From positions 4,482-68,481 of the IMG/VR virus record IMGVR_UViG_3300033141_002294: DNA of 64,000 nucleotides. One strand, given 5' to 3'. The stretch comes from a virus. This document shows positions 47,480-55,496 of this stretch, piece after piece. Made by a program: the position numbers and the translations under genes. Each line of letters starts with the position of its first letter. Within the stretch, counting starts at the first letter, position 1. Below the pieces are notes generated by a model. The model did no database searches and was not told the DNA's origin. It saw only the letters and a program-made list of their open reading frames with translations.

Positions 47480-47743
47480 CTACTCCATCGTGCCGTGCAA
47501 TGTCAGCGCCCAACCTGTACCCCTGCATTCGGGGCAATCCTCTGTTACATGCCCGTTGCAGGTAGCGCAGTCAACGAGTAGGGGGTCAGGTTGGTGATTA
47601 CCGCTGTATGCAACAACGGCATGAATGATTTGGTTCCTGCACATACGCATGACCGTCGGCCCGTCCGCTGACATGTGAGGAGCATCCTGGCCCCATTGGC
47701 GGATAAGTGTCCTGAGCCGTGATTCGAGGGTTGTCTTATTCAT
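47480..47743 (-). CDS. hypothetical protein with CxxCxG Zn motif
   Basis: CATCNG..CPECRGTG. Confidence 0.5.
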   Translation of the reverse strand: MNKTTLESRLRTLIRQWGQDAPHMSADGPTVMRMCRNQIIHAVVAYSGNHQPDPLLVDCATCNGHVTEDCPECRGTGWALTLHGTME

Positions 47744-47906
47744 CCCCCTCGCCCTCCTCCAGATACTTCGCAACCGGCGGATACGCCCGGATCGCCTCCA
47801 CCGCCAGGGCCGACATGCTCGACCCCGGTCCAGCCTCGAACGCAGCGCGACGCAGGGCCTCGCGCATGGCAGGGGATACGTAGACGTTGAGTTGGATGGT
47901 TTTCAT
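47736..47906 (-). CDS. ribbon-helix-helix DNA-binding protein (56 aa)
   Basis: Not in the ORF track; GGAGAGGGG RBS; MKTIQLNVYVSPAMREALRRAAF..SMSALAVEAIRAY. Confidence 0.65.
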   Translation of the reverse strand: MKTIQLNVYVSPAMREALRRAAFEAGPGSSMSALAVEAIRAYPPVAKYLEEGEGDE

Positions 47907-47919
47907 GTTGCCCCTCTCC

Positions 47920-48159
47920 TTATTTGATATGGCCGCCGGGATTGCGGATCAACCACAGCATATCGGTTGCGGACCACTTGCGGCGGGCCTCCGCCACCGA
48001 CTCGGCCTCGATGCTGTAGATGCGGCGGGCCGAGTAGCCGCCCTGTGCGCGGCAACCCCGGTTGTGGTCGGCACAACACCGTTCGGCCGCCTCATGAGAC
48101 TCATGCATCACGTCGCAGCCCTGGGGCGACTGCTCCCAACAGGTGTAATAACGCGCCAT
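47920..48159 (-). CDS. hypothetical protein
   Basis: GAGGAGGGG RBS; Cys/His-containing. Confidence 0.5.
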   Translation of the reverse strand: MARYYTCWEQSPQGCDVMHESHEAAERCCADHNRGCRAQGGYSARRIYSIEAESVAEARRKWSATDMLWLIRNPGGHIK

Positions 48160-48237
48160 CAGTATTCCCCTCCTCATCTGTATTTGCGGTCCCCCGCGAC
48201 CGGGGCCAGGCCCCGGTTTCGGCCCCTCCTGGCCTCG

Positions 48238-49152
48238 TCAGGCGGGGTTGGCGGCCTCTACCCCCATCAGTCGCCGGAATTCTTCCAGCGGCCTGAAGCC
48301 GCCTCCCGGCAGCCAGACCTGCGTATCAGGCCCATAGGCCGCCAGCCGCCGCCGTGCCTGGCGCACATACGCCAGGTCATCGTAGCGGGCTTGGCCCCGG
48401 CGGGCAATGGCTGCGGTCCACGCCGCCAGGGCCTCATCCCAGGCCCTGATTTTGGCGGCCCGCTCCTGCTGGGCCGCAGCATCCGTTCTGCTGGCGGCCT
48501 CCAGGCAGGTAGCACACAGATACCACTGCCCAACCTGGGGGCCGGAGTCGGCTCCTGTGACTTCATACTCGCCGCAGCAGGCACACCAGTTGTACCGGGA
48601 CCTGCGCCGCAGGACGTCGTGCTCGTAGGCTACCGCCCGCACGGCGTCCAACTTGCTATCGTCCACCGGCAGGCGGGGCCCGCCGTCACACCCCCTAATC
48701 ACAATGACCCCATCCACCACCCACCCCACAGGCAGGCGAGTGATGGTGACCGGGCCGAGCTCGCTCACGGTCCGTAGCACTTCCCCATCGAGGTTTTGGG
48801 CCTCGGCCGGGACCGTGCAGCTAAGTGTGCCCCCAACCGGCAACGCCCGCAGGCGCTGCTCCCAGGCGGCTACCGCCGTCTTGAGCGGATGCGGAGGAGC
48901 CTCCTCCACGACGGCGTCGGCCAACCAGTCCCGCAGTTCTGCGGCGGCGGTGCAGGCCGCCCTTTCGTCGGCCTCTATGCCGCCGATCATCCCACAGGAG
49001 ATCGGCAACTCATCCCACTCCCGGAGGGCATCCCAGAGTTCGGCGCCCTCCTGCCAGGTGAGGTACCCCCGGCGGTACTGTTTCCGGGCCCACTGCAGGG
49101 CCCGCTGCAGGTCGCGGTCGATGATGCGGATTCGGGCTGCTCCGGTTATCAT
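48238..49152 (-). CDS. hypothetical protein sharing its C-terminal domain with 49733..50212
   Basis: 304 aa; CxCC..CxxC, then AQQERAAKIRAWDEALAAWTAAI..LAYVRQARRRL. Confidence 0.65.
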   Translation of the reverse strand: MITGAARIRIIDRDLQRALQWARKQYRRGYLTWQEGAELWDALREWDELPISCGMIGGIEADERAACTAAAELRDWLADAVVEEAPPHPLKTAVAAWEQRLRALPVGGTLSCTVPAEAQNLDGEVLRTVSELGPVTITRLPVGWVVDGVIVIRGCDGGPRLPVDDSKLDAVRAVAYEHDVLRRRSRYNWCACCGEYEVTGADSGPQVGQWYLCATCLEAASRTDAAAQQERAAKIRAWDEALAAWTAAIARRGQARYDDLAYVRQARRRLAAYGPDTQVWLPGGGFRPLEEFRRLMGVEAANPA

Positions 49153-49682
49153 TTCGGTCCCTCCTCGTCCGCTTTCCGCAGATTATGCCGCTCGATATAC
49201 TCTTCCAGTTTCTCCCGGGACATGTACACATCGTACTGGTAACCGTCGCCATAGCCCTCCTGGAGGGTGTACAGCGTATCGGTTGTACCGTCGTTGCGCT
49301 CCACTACAACCCGCCTGATGAGCGGCAGGGTGGCGTAGCGGAGCCCCAGTTCATCACAGATCTCACGTTGCTTCACAATTTTTTTGATGGTAGTGAGCGT
49401 CTGGAGTCCGCCCTCGACCCAGCTGCCATCAGCACCCCAGACAGAAGATATGAGCCGGACCGCATCGGGCGACAAGCTGCCGCCCTTCGGCAATTCTTGG
49501 CTGAGGTGGACGCCTGTCGTAAAACGCCCGTCGGACCAGTAGGCCCAACTCCCCGTCACATGGACCGGCTCCACGCCGTCGGTGTAATCGACTTTCTCAG
49601 GCGGCGTGTGGTCTATGCCACACAACCGCTCGACCTCATCCTCGCAGGCGGTGACGTACCGGTTCGTTATCCAGCGTTTCAT
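49149..49682 (-). CDS. hypothetical protein
   Basis: 177 aa with AGGAGGAGGG RBS. Confidence 0.6.
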   Translation of the reverse strand: MKRWITNRYVTACEDEVERLCGIDHTPPEKVDYTDGVEPVHVTGSWAYWSDGRFTTGVHLSQELPKGGSLSPDAVRLISSVWGADGSWVEGGLQTLTTIKKIVKQREICDELGLRYATLPLIRRVVVERNDGTTDTLYTLQEGYGDGYQYDVYMSREKLEEYIERHNLRKADEEGPK

Positions 49683-49732
49683 TCATATTCCCTCCTCCTG
49701 TTTTGTGGTAGTAGCGCATGATGTTGCCTCCC

Positions 49733-50212
49733 CTACCCAATCTCCAGCAGCCGCCGTATCTCCTCCAATCCAACCATCTGCCCCGCAGGGAGCTGGACCT
49801 GGGTGTCGGGTCCCTCCTCCTCCAGCCGCCGCCGCGCCTGGCGCACATACGCCAGGGAGGTGGTCCGCTGGCTGGGGGTAAGCTCCTGGCCCTCAATGGC
49901 CGCCGTCCATGCCGCCAGGGTCTCATCCCAAGCCGCGATCTTCTCGGCTCGCTCCTGCTGTGCCGGGGAATCCTCGCCCAGCCCCAGGGCCGCGACCAGA
50001 CTCTCGATGCCGCCGAGGGTCCGCAGGGCGTGGCACCATTGGTCGGCGGTGCCCTTCGTCCGCACCTCTTGCCAGGTGCCGTCCGCCTGGCGGTCCAGGT
50101 AGCCGAGGCCCCGCCAGGGCTGCCGCCGCGTGCCGTGTTCGATCTCGATATAAATGCGACACCTGCCGTGTTTCTGCCAGGGGTTCGCCCGGTAGCCATT
50201 CCTCTGAGCCAT
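49733..50212 (-). CDS. hypothetical protein, first gene of moron-like operon
   Basis: GAGGAGGGG RBS just after a consensus promoter. Confidence 0.65.
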   Translation of the reverse strand: MAQRNGYRANPWQKHGRCRIYIEIEHGTRRQPWRGLGYLDRQADGTWQEVRTKGTADQWCHALRTLGGIESLVAALGLGEDSPAQQERAEKIAAWDETLAAWTAAIEGQELTPSQRTTSLAYVRQARRRLEEEGPDTQVQLPAGQMVGLEEIRRLLEIG

Positions 50213-50232
50213 TCCATCCCCTCCTCATCTAC

Positions 50233-50261
50233 ATAATAGCATAGTGGCATACGCCTGTCAA
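50233..50261 (-). promoter_or_regulatory. near-consensus sigmaA promoter
   Basis: TTGACA-17 bp-TATTAT with TG extension; imperfect palindrome GGCGTATGCC in the spacer. Confidence 0.85.
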
Positions 50262-50282
50262 GGGGTTTCCGCGAAAAAGATG

Positions 50283-50320
50283 AAAAAAAATTTGGCCCCA
50301 CCCCGAAAGGGGCAGGGCCG
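50283..50320 (-). terminator. late-operon terminator after holin
   Basis: GGCCCTGCCCC-TTTC-GGGGTGGGGCC followed by a T8 tract. Confidence 0.8.
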
Positions 50321-50334
50321 GAGGGGGCGAATGC

Positions 50335-50583
50335 TCAGCCACTAATGGTGTGTTTCCCGGCGCTCCAGAGTCCCGCCGCGCTCAGGCCGACGGCCAGGCC
50401 GACAATCAGCGCCCTGAACCACTCAGCATCGGCCAGGTAGGCGTGACTCAGAGACAGCACCACACCAAACCCGACGGCCAGCAACCCGGCGAACCGGGAG
50501 GGAAACCCGAAACCCTTGACCATCTGCACGATTGCAACGATGATGGCGACGGCACCGACTCCGCTGATGAGCTCAAAGTCCAT
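50335..50583 (-). CDS. holin
   Basis: 82 aa with 2-3 TM segments and GLAVGLSAAGLWS motif; follows endolysin. Confidence 0.8.
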   Translation of the reverse strand: MDFELISGVGAVAIIVAIVQMVKGFGFPSRFAGLLAVGFGVVLSLSHAYLADAEWFRALIVGLAVGLSAAGLWSAGKHTISG

Positions 50584-51313
50584 CAACCGCTCCTCCCTTC
50601 ATACCCGACAACAGCGCTAGGCAGTTGTGGGCGGACTCTTGGATATCTCTCAACTCACTCTTAACCGCTCCGATGTCCGGTCCCGGCTCCGTGCAGTCGA
50701 GCAACCGATACTGGCGCATGATCGCCAGGACCTTGTCCACATAGGTAATATCCGTTGCGTACCTGCCGCGCCAGACCCAGTAGACATAGGCCACAGGACA
50801 GGTGGGCCACTCGCGGGCGGTCGTGTATCTGCTAGCATCGACAATCAGGGCGGCATAATCGCGTAGGCTGTCGGCAGTAGACTCGTAGGCGCGAAACTTG
50901 GCCTGCACCCGGACCCTCTTGCCATCTCTATACTCCCACGTCTGGCGCTCCACGTATTCGCCATCGCCTGTCCACTTGATGCCGAACAGGTTGTTGCCCG
51001 GTGCAGACTCGCCGAAATTACTCTCTAGACACGCCTGGGCCAGGACGGCAGCGGCAGGCAGGCCATGTGCCCGCTCGATATGCTCCACATGAGGGCGTAG
51101 AGCCGCAATGAACAAAATCCGCTTGAGCGTGCCCAATGTCTCCGGTCCGGCAATACCGTCAATCTGCAGGGCATAGTACCGCTGAAACGCCGTGACGGCC
51201 TGCGCCGTCATCTGGTCGTAGTTGCCATCGGGCGTCCCGTCCAACCAGCCCAGATATGTGAGTTCTCGTTGCAGTCGGTCGACCTCCAGGCCCGAATCAC
51301 CTAGCCGCAGCAT
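50573..51313 (-). CDS. endolysin: PG-binding domain plus GH73 glucosaminidase
   Basis: LRLGDSG..AVTAFQ..DGIAGPET, then AQACLES, NNLFGIK and YATD. Confidence 0.92.
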   Translation of the reverse strand: MLRLGDSGLEVDRLQRELTYLGWLDGTPDGNYDQMTAQAVTAFQRYYALQIDGIAGPETLGTLKRILFIAALRPHVEHIERAHGLPAAAVLAQACLESNFGESAPGNNLFGIKWTGDGEYVERQTWEYRDGKRVRVQAKFRAYESTADSLRDYAALIVDASRYTTAREWPTCPVAYVYWVWRGRYATDITYVDKVLAIMRQYRLLDCTEPGPDIGAVKSELRDIQESAHNCLALLSGMKGGAVDGL

Positions 51314-51611
51314 CGCGGTAGTCTCCTCTCAGATGCCGTGTATGTTCAAGGATTTCACGGGTCATGGCGTTCTGGTCAGACAGGGCGGCGTTCATGCTGT
51401 TCAGGGTCTCCCGGAGTTCGCGCCTATCCTCGGATTCCTGTTGCTTGCAGGTGCGGAGATACGTAACCAACTCGGTCATCGTTTCGCCAAGCCCCTTCAT
51501 CGTACTCATCACCTGCAGGGTCGAGGGCAGAAATGCCTTGAGCACGTACACTAGTACTCCTAGAGCGGCTATGCCCAAACCTGCGTCCGCCAACTGCATG
51601 AACCAATCCAC
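51297..51611 (-). CDS. membrane-anchored coiled-coil lysis-cassette protein
   Basis: N-terminal TM segment followed by a coiled coil. Confidence 0.55.
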   Translation of the reverse strand: MDWFMQLADAGLGIAALGVLVYVLKAFLPSTLQVMSTMKGLGETMTELVTYLRTCKQQESEDRRELRETLNSMNAALSDQNAMTREILEHTRHLRGDYRDAAAR

Positions 51612-51629
51612 GTCCCGGCCACCTCCCAG

Positions 51630-52493
51630 TCAGTCAATCACAATCGCGGTGGGCACAGGGCGTTCCCGGCCGTCGCTGGGATGATTGATTACGTGCCCTT
51701 GCCAGACCAGCGTTGACGATCCACCCCCGTCGAGAGACATTGCATTGTTGCACCAGCCTGCTTGTCCGTGCAGGTCTGGTGTATTGAGCGCCATTCCCGT
51801 CACGTCACGCAACTGCGTCAGAGTTAGTCCCGCACTACCGTGCCGCCGACCGTCGGCGACGACGAACCACAGCATGGCGTCCGACCACCCGATGGCCGAC
51901 CGAGGCTGACGCCTCCGCAAATTCCAGCAGGTGCGCCCGATGTCCGCTTTCCCGTCGACAATCAACCGCGTATAGCTGGCGACGCAGTTCTCCACGCCGG
52001 ATTTCGCCAACAGACTGGCCCGTCCAGGGTGGCGCAGTATCCGTAGGTTGTCCACGTCGAGGATCGCCCACTCTCCGGCCCGGTTGTCTGCCAAATCATT
52101 GACGACAGTTCCTTCATATATAGTAGCGCCTATGGGAAGGCCGGAGCGCAGGTCGAAGAACCCGCCGTTGATGGCCGCTATGTGGCCCCGTGCGTGTCTG
52201 CTGACTGGCTGAGGACGACCTAGCACCATCCGCTGAGTGTAGCGCTTGCGGTCAAATCCAAGAGCATACACAGTGTTGTTGCAGATGCGCCACTCTCTTG
52301 CTACCACGCCTGTTGCCTCATACAGAGACGCACAGGTTTTCGGCCCCACAATCCCATCTACCGATAACCCCGCCTGCTGCTGGAACGCTACCACCGCCCG
52401 CCCCGTTTTTGGCCCATAGATGCCGTCAATCGGACCGGGGTCGTGCCCTGCGGCCCGGAGCCACAGTTGCAGCAGCTTGTCCCCGGCGCTCAT
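51630..52493 (-). CDS. PG-binding domain plus phosphodiester glycosidase (NAGPA-like)
   Basis: GPIDGIYGPKT..VDGIVGPKT; AAINGGFF, PRSAIG, DGR and LDGGGSS motifs. Confidence 0.88.
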   Translation of the reverse strand: MSAGDKLLQLWLRAAGHDPGPIDGIYGPKTGRAVVAFQQQAGLSVDGIVGPKTCASLYEATGVVAREWRICNNTVYALGFDRKRYTQRMVLGRPQPVSRHARGHIAAINGGFFDLRSGLPIGATIYEGTVVNDLADNRAGEWAILDVDNLRILRHPGRASLLAKSGVENCVASYTRLIVDGKADIGRTCWNLRRRQPRSAIGWSDAMLWFVVADGRRHGSAGLTLTQLRDVTGMALNTPDLHGQAGWCNNAMSLDGGGSSTLVWQGHVINHPSDGRERPVPTAIVID

Positions 52494-52885
52494 GATTTTA
52501 CTTGCAGGTTCGCGCTGAACGTAACCGACGGCTGATCGCCGCCTATAGTCCAGACAAGACGGACCTTCTGGCAAATCAACTCCGGCGTCACGTAAACCGT
52601 CTGGCCGATTTCGGTAATCTGCGCGATGGTGAGTCCGGGCACGGCGAACCACTTGCCCGACAGTCCGTTGTAACCCTGCAGTTCCAGGTCCATCGTCGGG
52701 GCCGCGCCGGACATGTCGGTCACATCGACCACCAGCCAGCCGTGCAGATAGCCGCCGATGTCGAAGGCGGAAGTTTCTCCATCCTGTGTGACAGTCCCGG
52801 AATCGTGGAGTACATTGTCATTCGGAGACCTGGCAAGGAGCACCTGACAGTCACTGATAGTCTTCAAGTTCGTGGTCAACTCCAA
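52490..52885 (-). CDS. small beta-rich virion (tail-tip) protein
   Basis: Last gene of the tail module; alternating beta-strand pattern. Confidence 0.55.
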   Translation of the reverse strand: MELTTNLKTISDCQVLLARSPNDNVLHDSGTVTQDGETSAFDIGGYLHGWLVVDVTDMSGAAPTMDLELQGYNGLSGKWFAVPGLTIAQITEIGQTVYVTPELICQKVRLVWTIGGDQPSVTFSANLQVKS

Positions 52886-52893
52886 TCACTCCC

Positions 52894-53136
52894 TCACGTA
52901 GTCAGCTTGGTCGTCACAATCGCACTATTGAGATCGAGCCCGCTGATAGCAACGGTGTCGCCTACGTTGAGGGTGAGGTCTACGTTGTATGGCAGCCAGC
53001 GGGTTACGGTGCTTGTAGCGGTACGCTTGATTTTGCACTCATGGTCCGTGCTGTTCACCTGACTCACAATCCAGTAGCGGGGCAGGGGCCGGGTCCCTGC
53101 GAGGACGATGTCGTCTATTTCCCGCGCAATACTCAT
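52894..53136 (-). CDS. small tail spike/OB-fold-like protein
   Basis: LTLNVGDTVAI motif; follows the Tal-like gene. Confidence 0.5.
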   Translation of the reverse strand: MSIAREIDDIVLAGTRPLPRYWIVSQVNSTDHECKIKRTATSTVTRWLPYNVDLTLNVGDTVAISGLDLNSAIVTTKLTT

Positions 53137-55496
53137 AGCTCACTCAACTCCGCCGTCACATCATATTTACTGCTCTCGGCATCATCGACCAGCGTCAGCC
53201 GTTCAACTGCGTATACGATCCCAGTGTCATCGTCCGGGTCCAGGCGCACCAAAATGCAGTCACCGGGTTCAACGTTCGATGCTGGAGACGGGCCGTCGGC
53301 AATATGCGTCAGTCTCGCCCGCGCCGTTTGTCTGCTGGCGCGTCGCAGCTGTTCCAACGCGAACAGGTCCAGCTTGTTCTGCGTGTTCGCCAGTGCGGCG
53401 TAGAGGATGGGGCTGGCACGGTCGCCGAGGTTCACCGTCGAGGTTTTTGACCATGCACTGTCGTTGGTCTTCGTCGTCTGCAGTGGATTAGTGGGACTGC
53501 CGTTGTCCGCCAGGATGATGTTGTGGATGTCCGCGTCGCTGTAAATCTGATGGGCCTCGAACGCCGAATCGAACTCCGGCATATCGTCCACCCAGGGTTC
53601 GGTGTCCGCGAAGCGGGCGGTCAAAAACCCAAAGCGGTCGTAGAACAACTCCCAGCCGAGGTCTCTACACAACTGGTACAGGCTTTCCCACTTAGTTGTG
53701 CCCCTACTCCAGGTGACTGCGGGGACCAACTGCTGAGTTGGCTGTATTGCCATGCGGGTTTCTCCGGCGTTGTTCGCGATTGTCTGTAGCAGGTCGAACA
53801 GCCGCCCCGTGGCGGTGCCTACCGTGGGATACTTGACTTCGACGAAGCGGACGGCGGGAGGCGGGCCGTACCAGCCCAAGAAGGTGATGCGGACATAGCG
53901 CTGGGTCGTGTATGAACTCGGAACCGCCAGCAACGCTTCTAATCGCGTCCCACAATCGAACCGGCCCACGTGAAACCACATGCTATGATCGGCTCTGTAG
54001 TAGCTCACTTCAACCTTATACCGCGTCAACGGATCACCGTCGGCCAGGCCAAGTCGGCACGACACCTGGCTCATGTTGACCGATGAGCCGCAGTCCAGTT
54101 CCAGGTACGGTGTAAGCTCGTCCGGGTCGGGCCTCCAGGGGGTTTCGTTATCCACCAGGGCGTCACTTGCGCTGTAGGTCGTGTCGGTCACAATGGCGAT
54201 GCTGGCCGTAATCGGGCCGCTGCTTTTGGTGATTTCTACCTTGATGTAGCGGGCGTTGCCCGTCGTTCCCGCTGTGTACGTGCTGCCGTCGGTCGAGAGG
54301 TAGATGGTCTCCGTCCCGTTGGTCGTGACCGCGATGGACTGTAAGTCCTCGGTAGCCTGGAGGTCAATGATTGTCGTGGACGTCAACAGTGTCAGGCCGC
54401 CCGCCGAGTAGTCTACAGAATAGTCGCCATCTAGGATGTCCCCAGATTCACTGTCGGGTTCCACCTCGGACTGAATTCCTCCGACTGTAGCCTCCAGCGC
54501 GGTCGAGCCGACACGTGCCTGTGATGTGATGTCGTCCCCAGCGGCCATGATCGTGGAGCCGGTAGCCGACGATGCTAACTGGCTGCCCTCGCTGGCGGAT
54601 GTGTCCTCATAGGTGGTTTCATCCTGCCACCGGGCCAACACAAGCCCTTTGCTGCGGTCGCGGCAATAGACAACACACTCCTCCAGGCCCGGCGGACCGG
54701 AGAGTTCGATTTCATCAATGTAGCCCTCGAACACCTGACCGATCTTGGCTTCTTTGTCCAGGCGGACGTAGTCGACGTCGGCGACGCCGTCGCCGTATGC
54801 ATAGTTTACCGCGACCAGGGGCCGGATGTAGTATGTGCCGGGATAGGCAAAAGCGGGGTCATAAATATTCATATGTCGCAGTCCGGCCGGTGTACCAGTT
54901 CCGCGCAGGTATCCGGTGTAAGTCGTCCACGAACCATCCGCGGTCTGCGTCTGCCCGGAGGCTGCGATATAGTGCTGGCTACCCAGATCTCGAAATATCC
55001 GCAGGTTAATGCCTCCGGCCGTGTAGCAATTCACGCCGCAGTATATGCCCTTGCCGCCGCTGGCGGGGTCCGACACCTGTGCAACCCGTGTTGTGAGACG
55101 GTAAAGCGCCGTGGGGTCAAATGTGATGTCAGTCGGGTATGTAAACCATTTATACCCGGTGAACCTTGCCTTCTTCCAGTAACTGCAGTCCGTGTCGTCC
55201 TCGTAGGTGACCGTTCCCGAGCCACCGGACACCGTCCACGAATCCAGATCATCATTGTTCATCTCCGCCGCGACTACCGACTCCCATCCCTGGTATCCGT
55301 CTCCCTGCCCACTGTCGTAGATGCGCACCAGGCGACCCAGGGTTTTGAGGTCCTGGAGATAGGTTTTGGGACACCGAAATGTGGCGGTACGCCGCACAGA
55401 CCGATTCCTGTCGGCGTCAATCTCGATACGATGGCAGTCAATAGTCTTGATGAGGGTCGTACCCGCTGAGTCGTAGAGCTTACAGACGAGACTCAT
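53133..55496 (-). CDS. tail hub (Tal-like) protein with inserted carbohydrate-binding-like domains
   Basis: RSVRRTATF, VFEGYID, CRDRSK and WELFYDRFG hub segments interrupted by beta-sandwich inserts. Confidence 0.7.
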   Translation of the reverse strand: MSLVCKLYDSAGTTLIKTIDCHRIEIDADRNRSVRRTATFRCPKTYLQDLKTLGRLVRIYDSGQGDGYQGWESVVAAEMNNDDLDSWTVSGGSGTVTYEDDTDCSYWKKARFTGYKWFTYPTDITFDPTALYRLTTRVAQVSDPASGGKGIYCGVNCYTAGGINLRIFRDLGSQHYIAASGQTQTADGSWTTYTGYLRGTGTPAGLRHMNIYDPAFAYPGTYYIRPLVAVNYAYGDGVADVDYVRLDKEAKIGQVFEGYIDEIELSGPPGLEECVVYCRDRSKGLVLARWQDETTYEDTSASEGSQLASSATGSTIMAAGDDITSQARVGSTALEATVGGIQSEVEPDSESGDILDGDYSVDYSAGGLTLLTSTTIIDLQATEDLQSIAVTTNGTETIYLSTDGSTYTAGTTGNARYIKVEITKSSGPITASIAIVTDTTYSASDALVDNETPWRPDPDELTPYLELDCGSSVNMSQVSCRLGLADGDPLTRYKVEVSYYRADHSMWFHVGRFDCGTRLEALLAVPSSYTTQRYVRITFLGWYGPPPAVRFVEVKYPTVGTATGRLFDLLQTIANNAGETRMAIQPTQQLVPAVTWSRGTTKWESLYQLCRDLGWELFYDRFGFLTARFADTEPWVDDMPEFDSAFEAHQIYSDADIHNIILADNGSPTNPLQTTKTNDSAWSKTSTVNLGDRASPILYAALANTQNKLDLFALEQLRRASRQTARARLTHIADGPSPASNVEPGDCILVRLDPDDDTGIVYAVERLTLVDDAESSKYDVTAELSEL

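Noticed and set aside
48238-50212. Diversity-generating retroelement TR/VR pair
   Set aside because: No reverse transcriptase is present, both copies are coding, and the differences include indels and are not confined to adenines.
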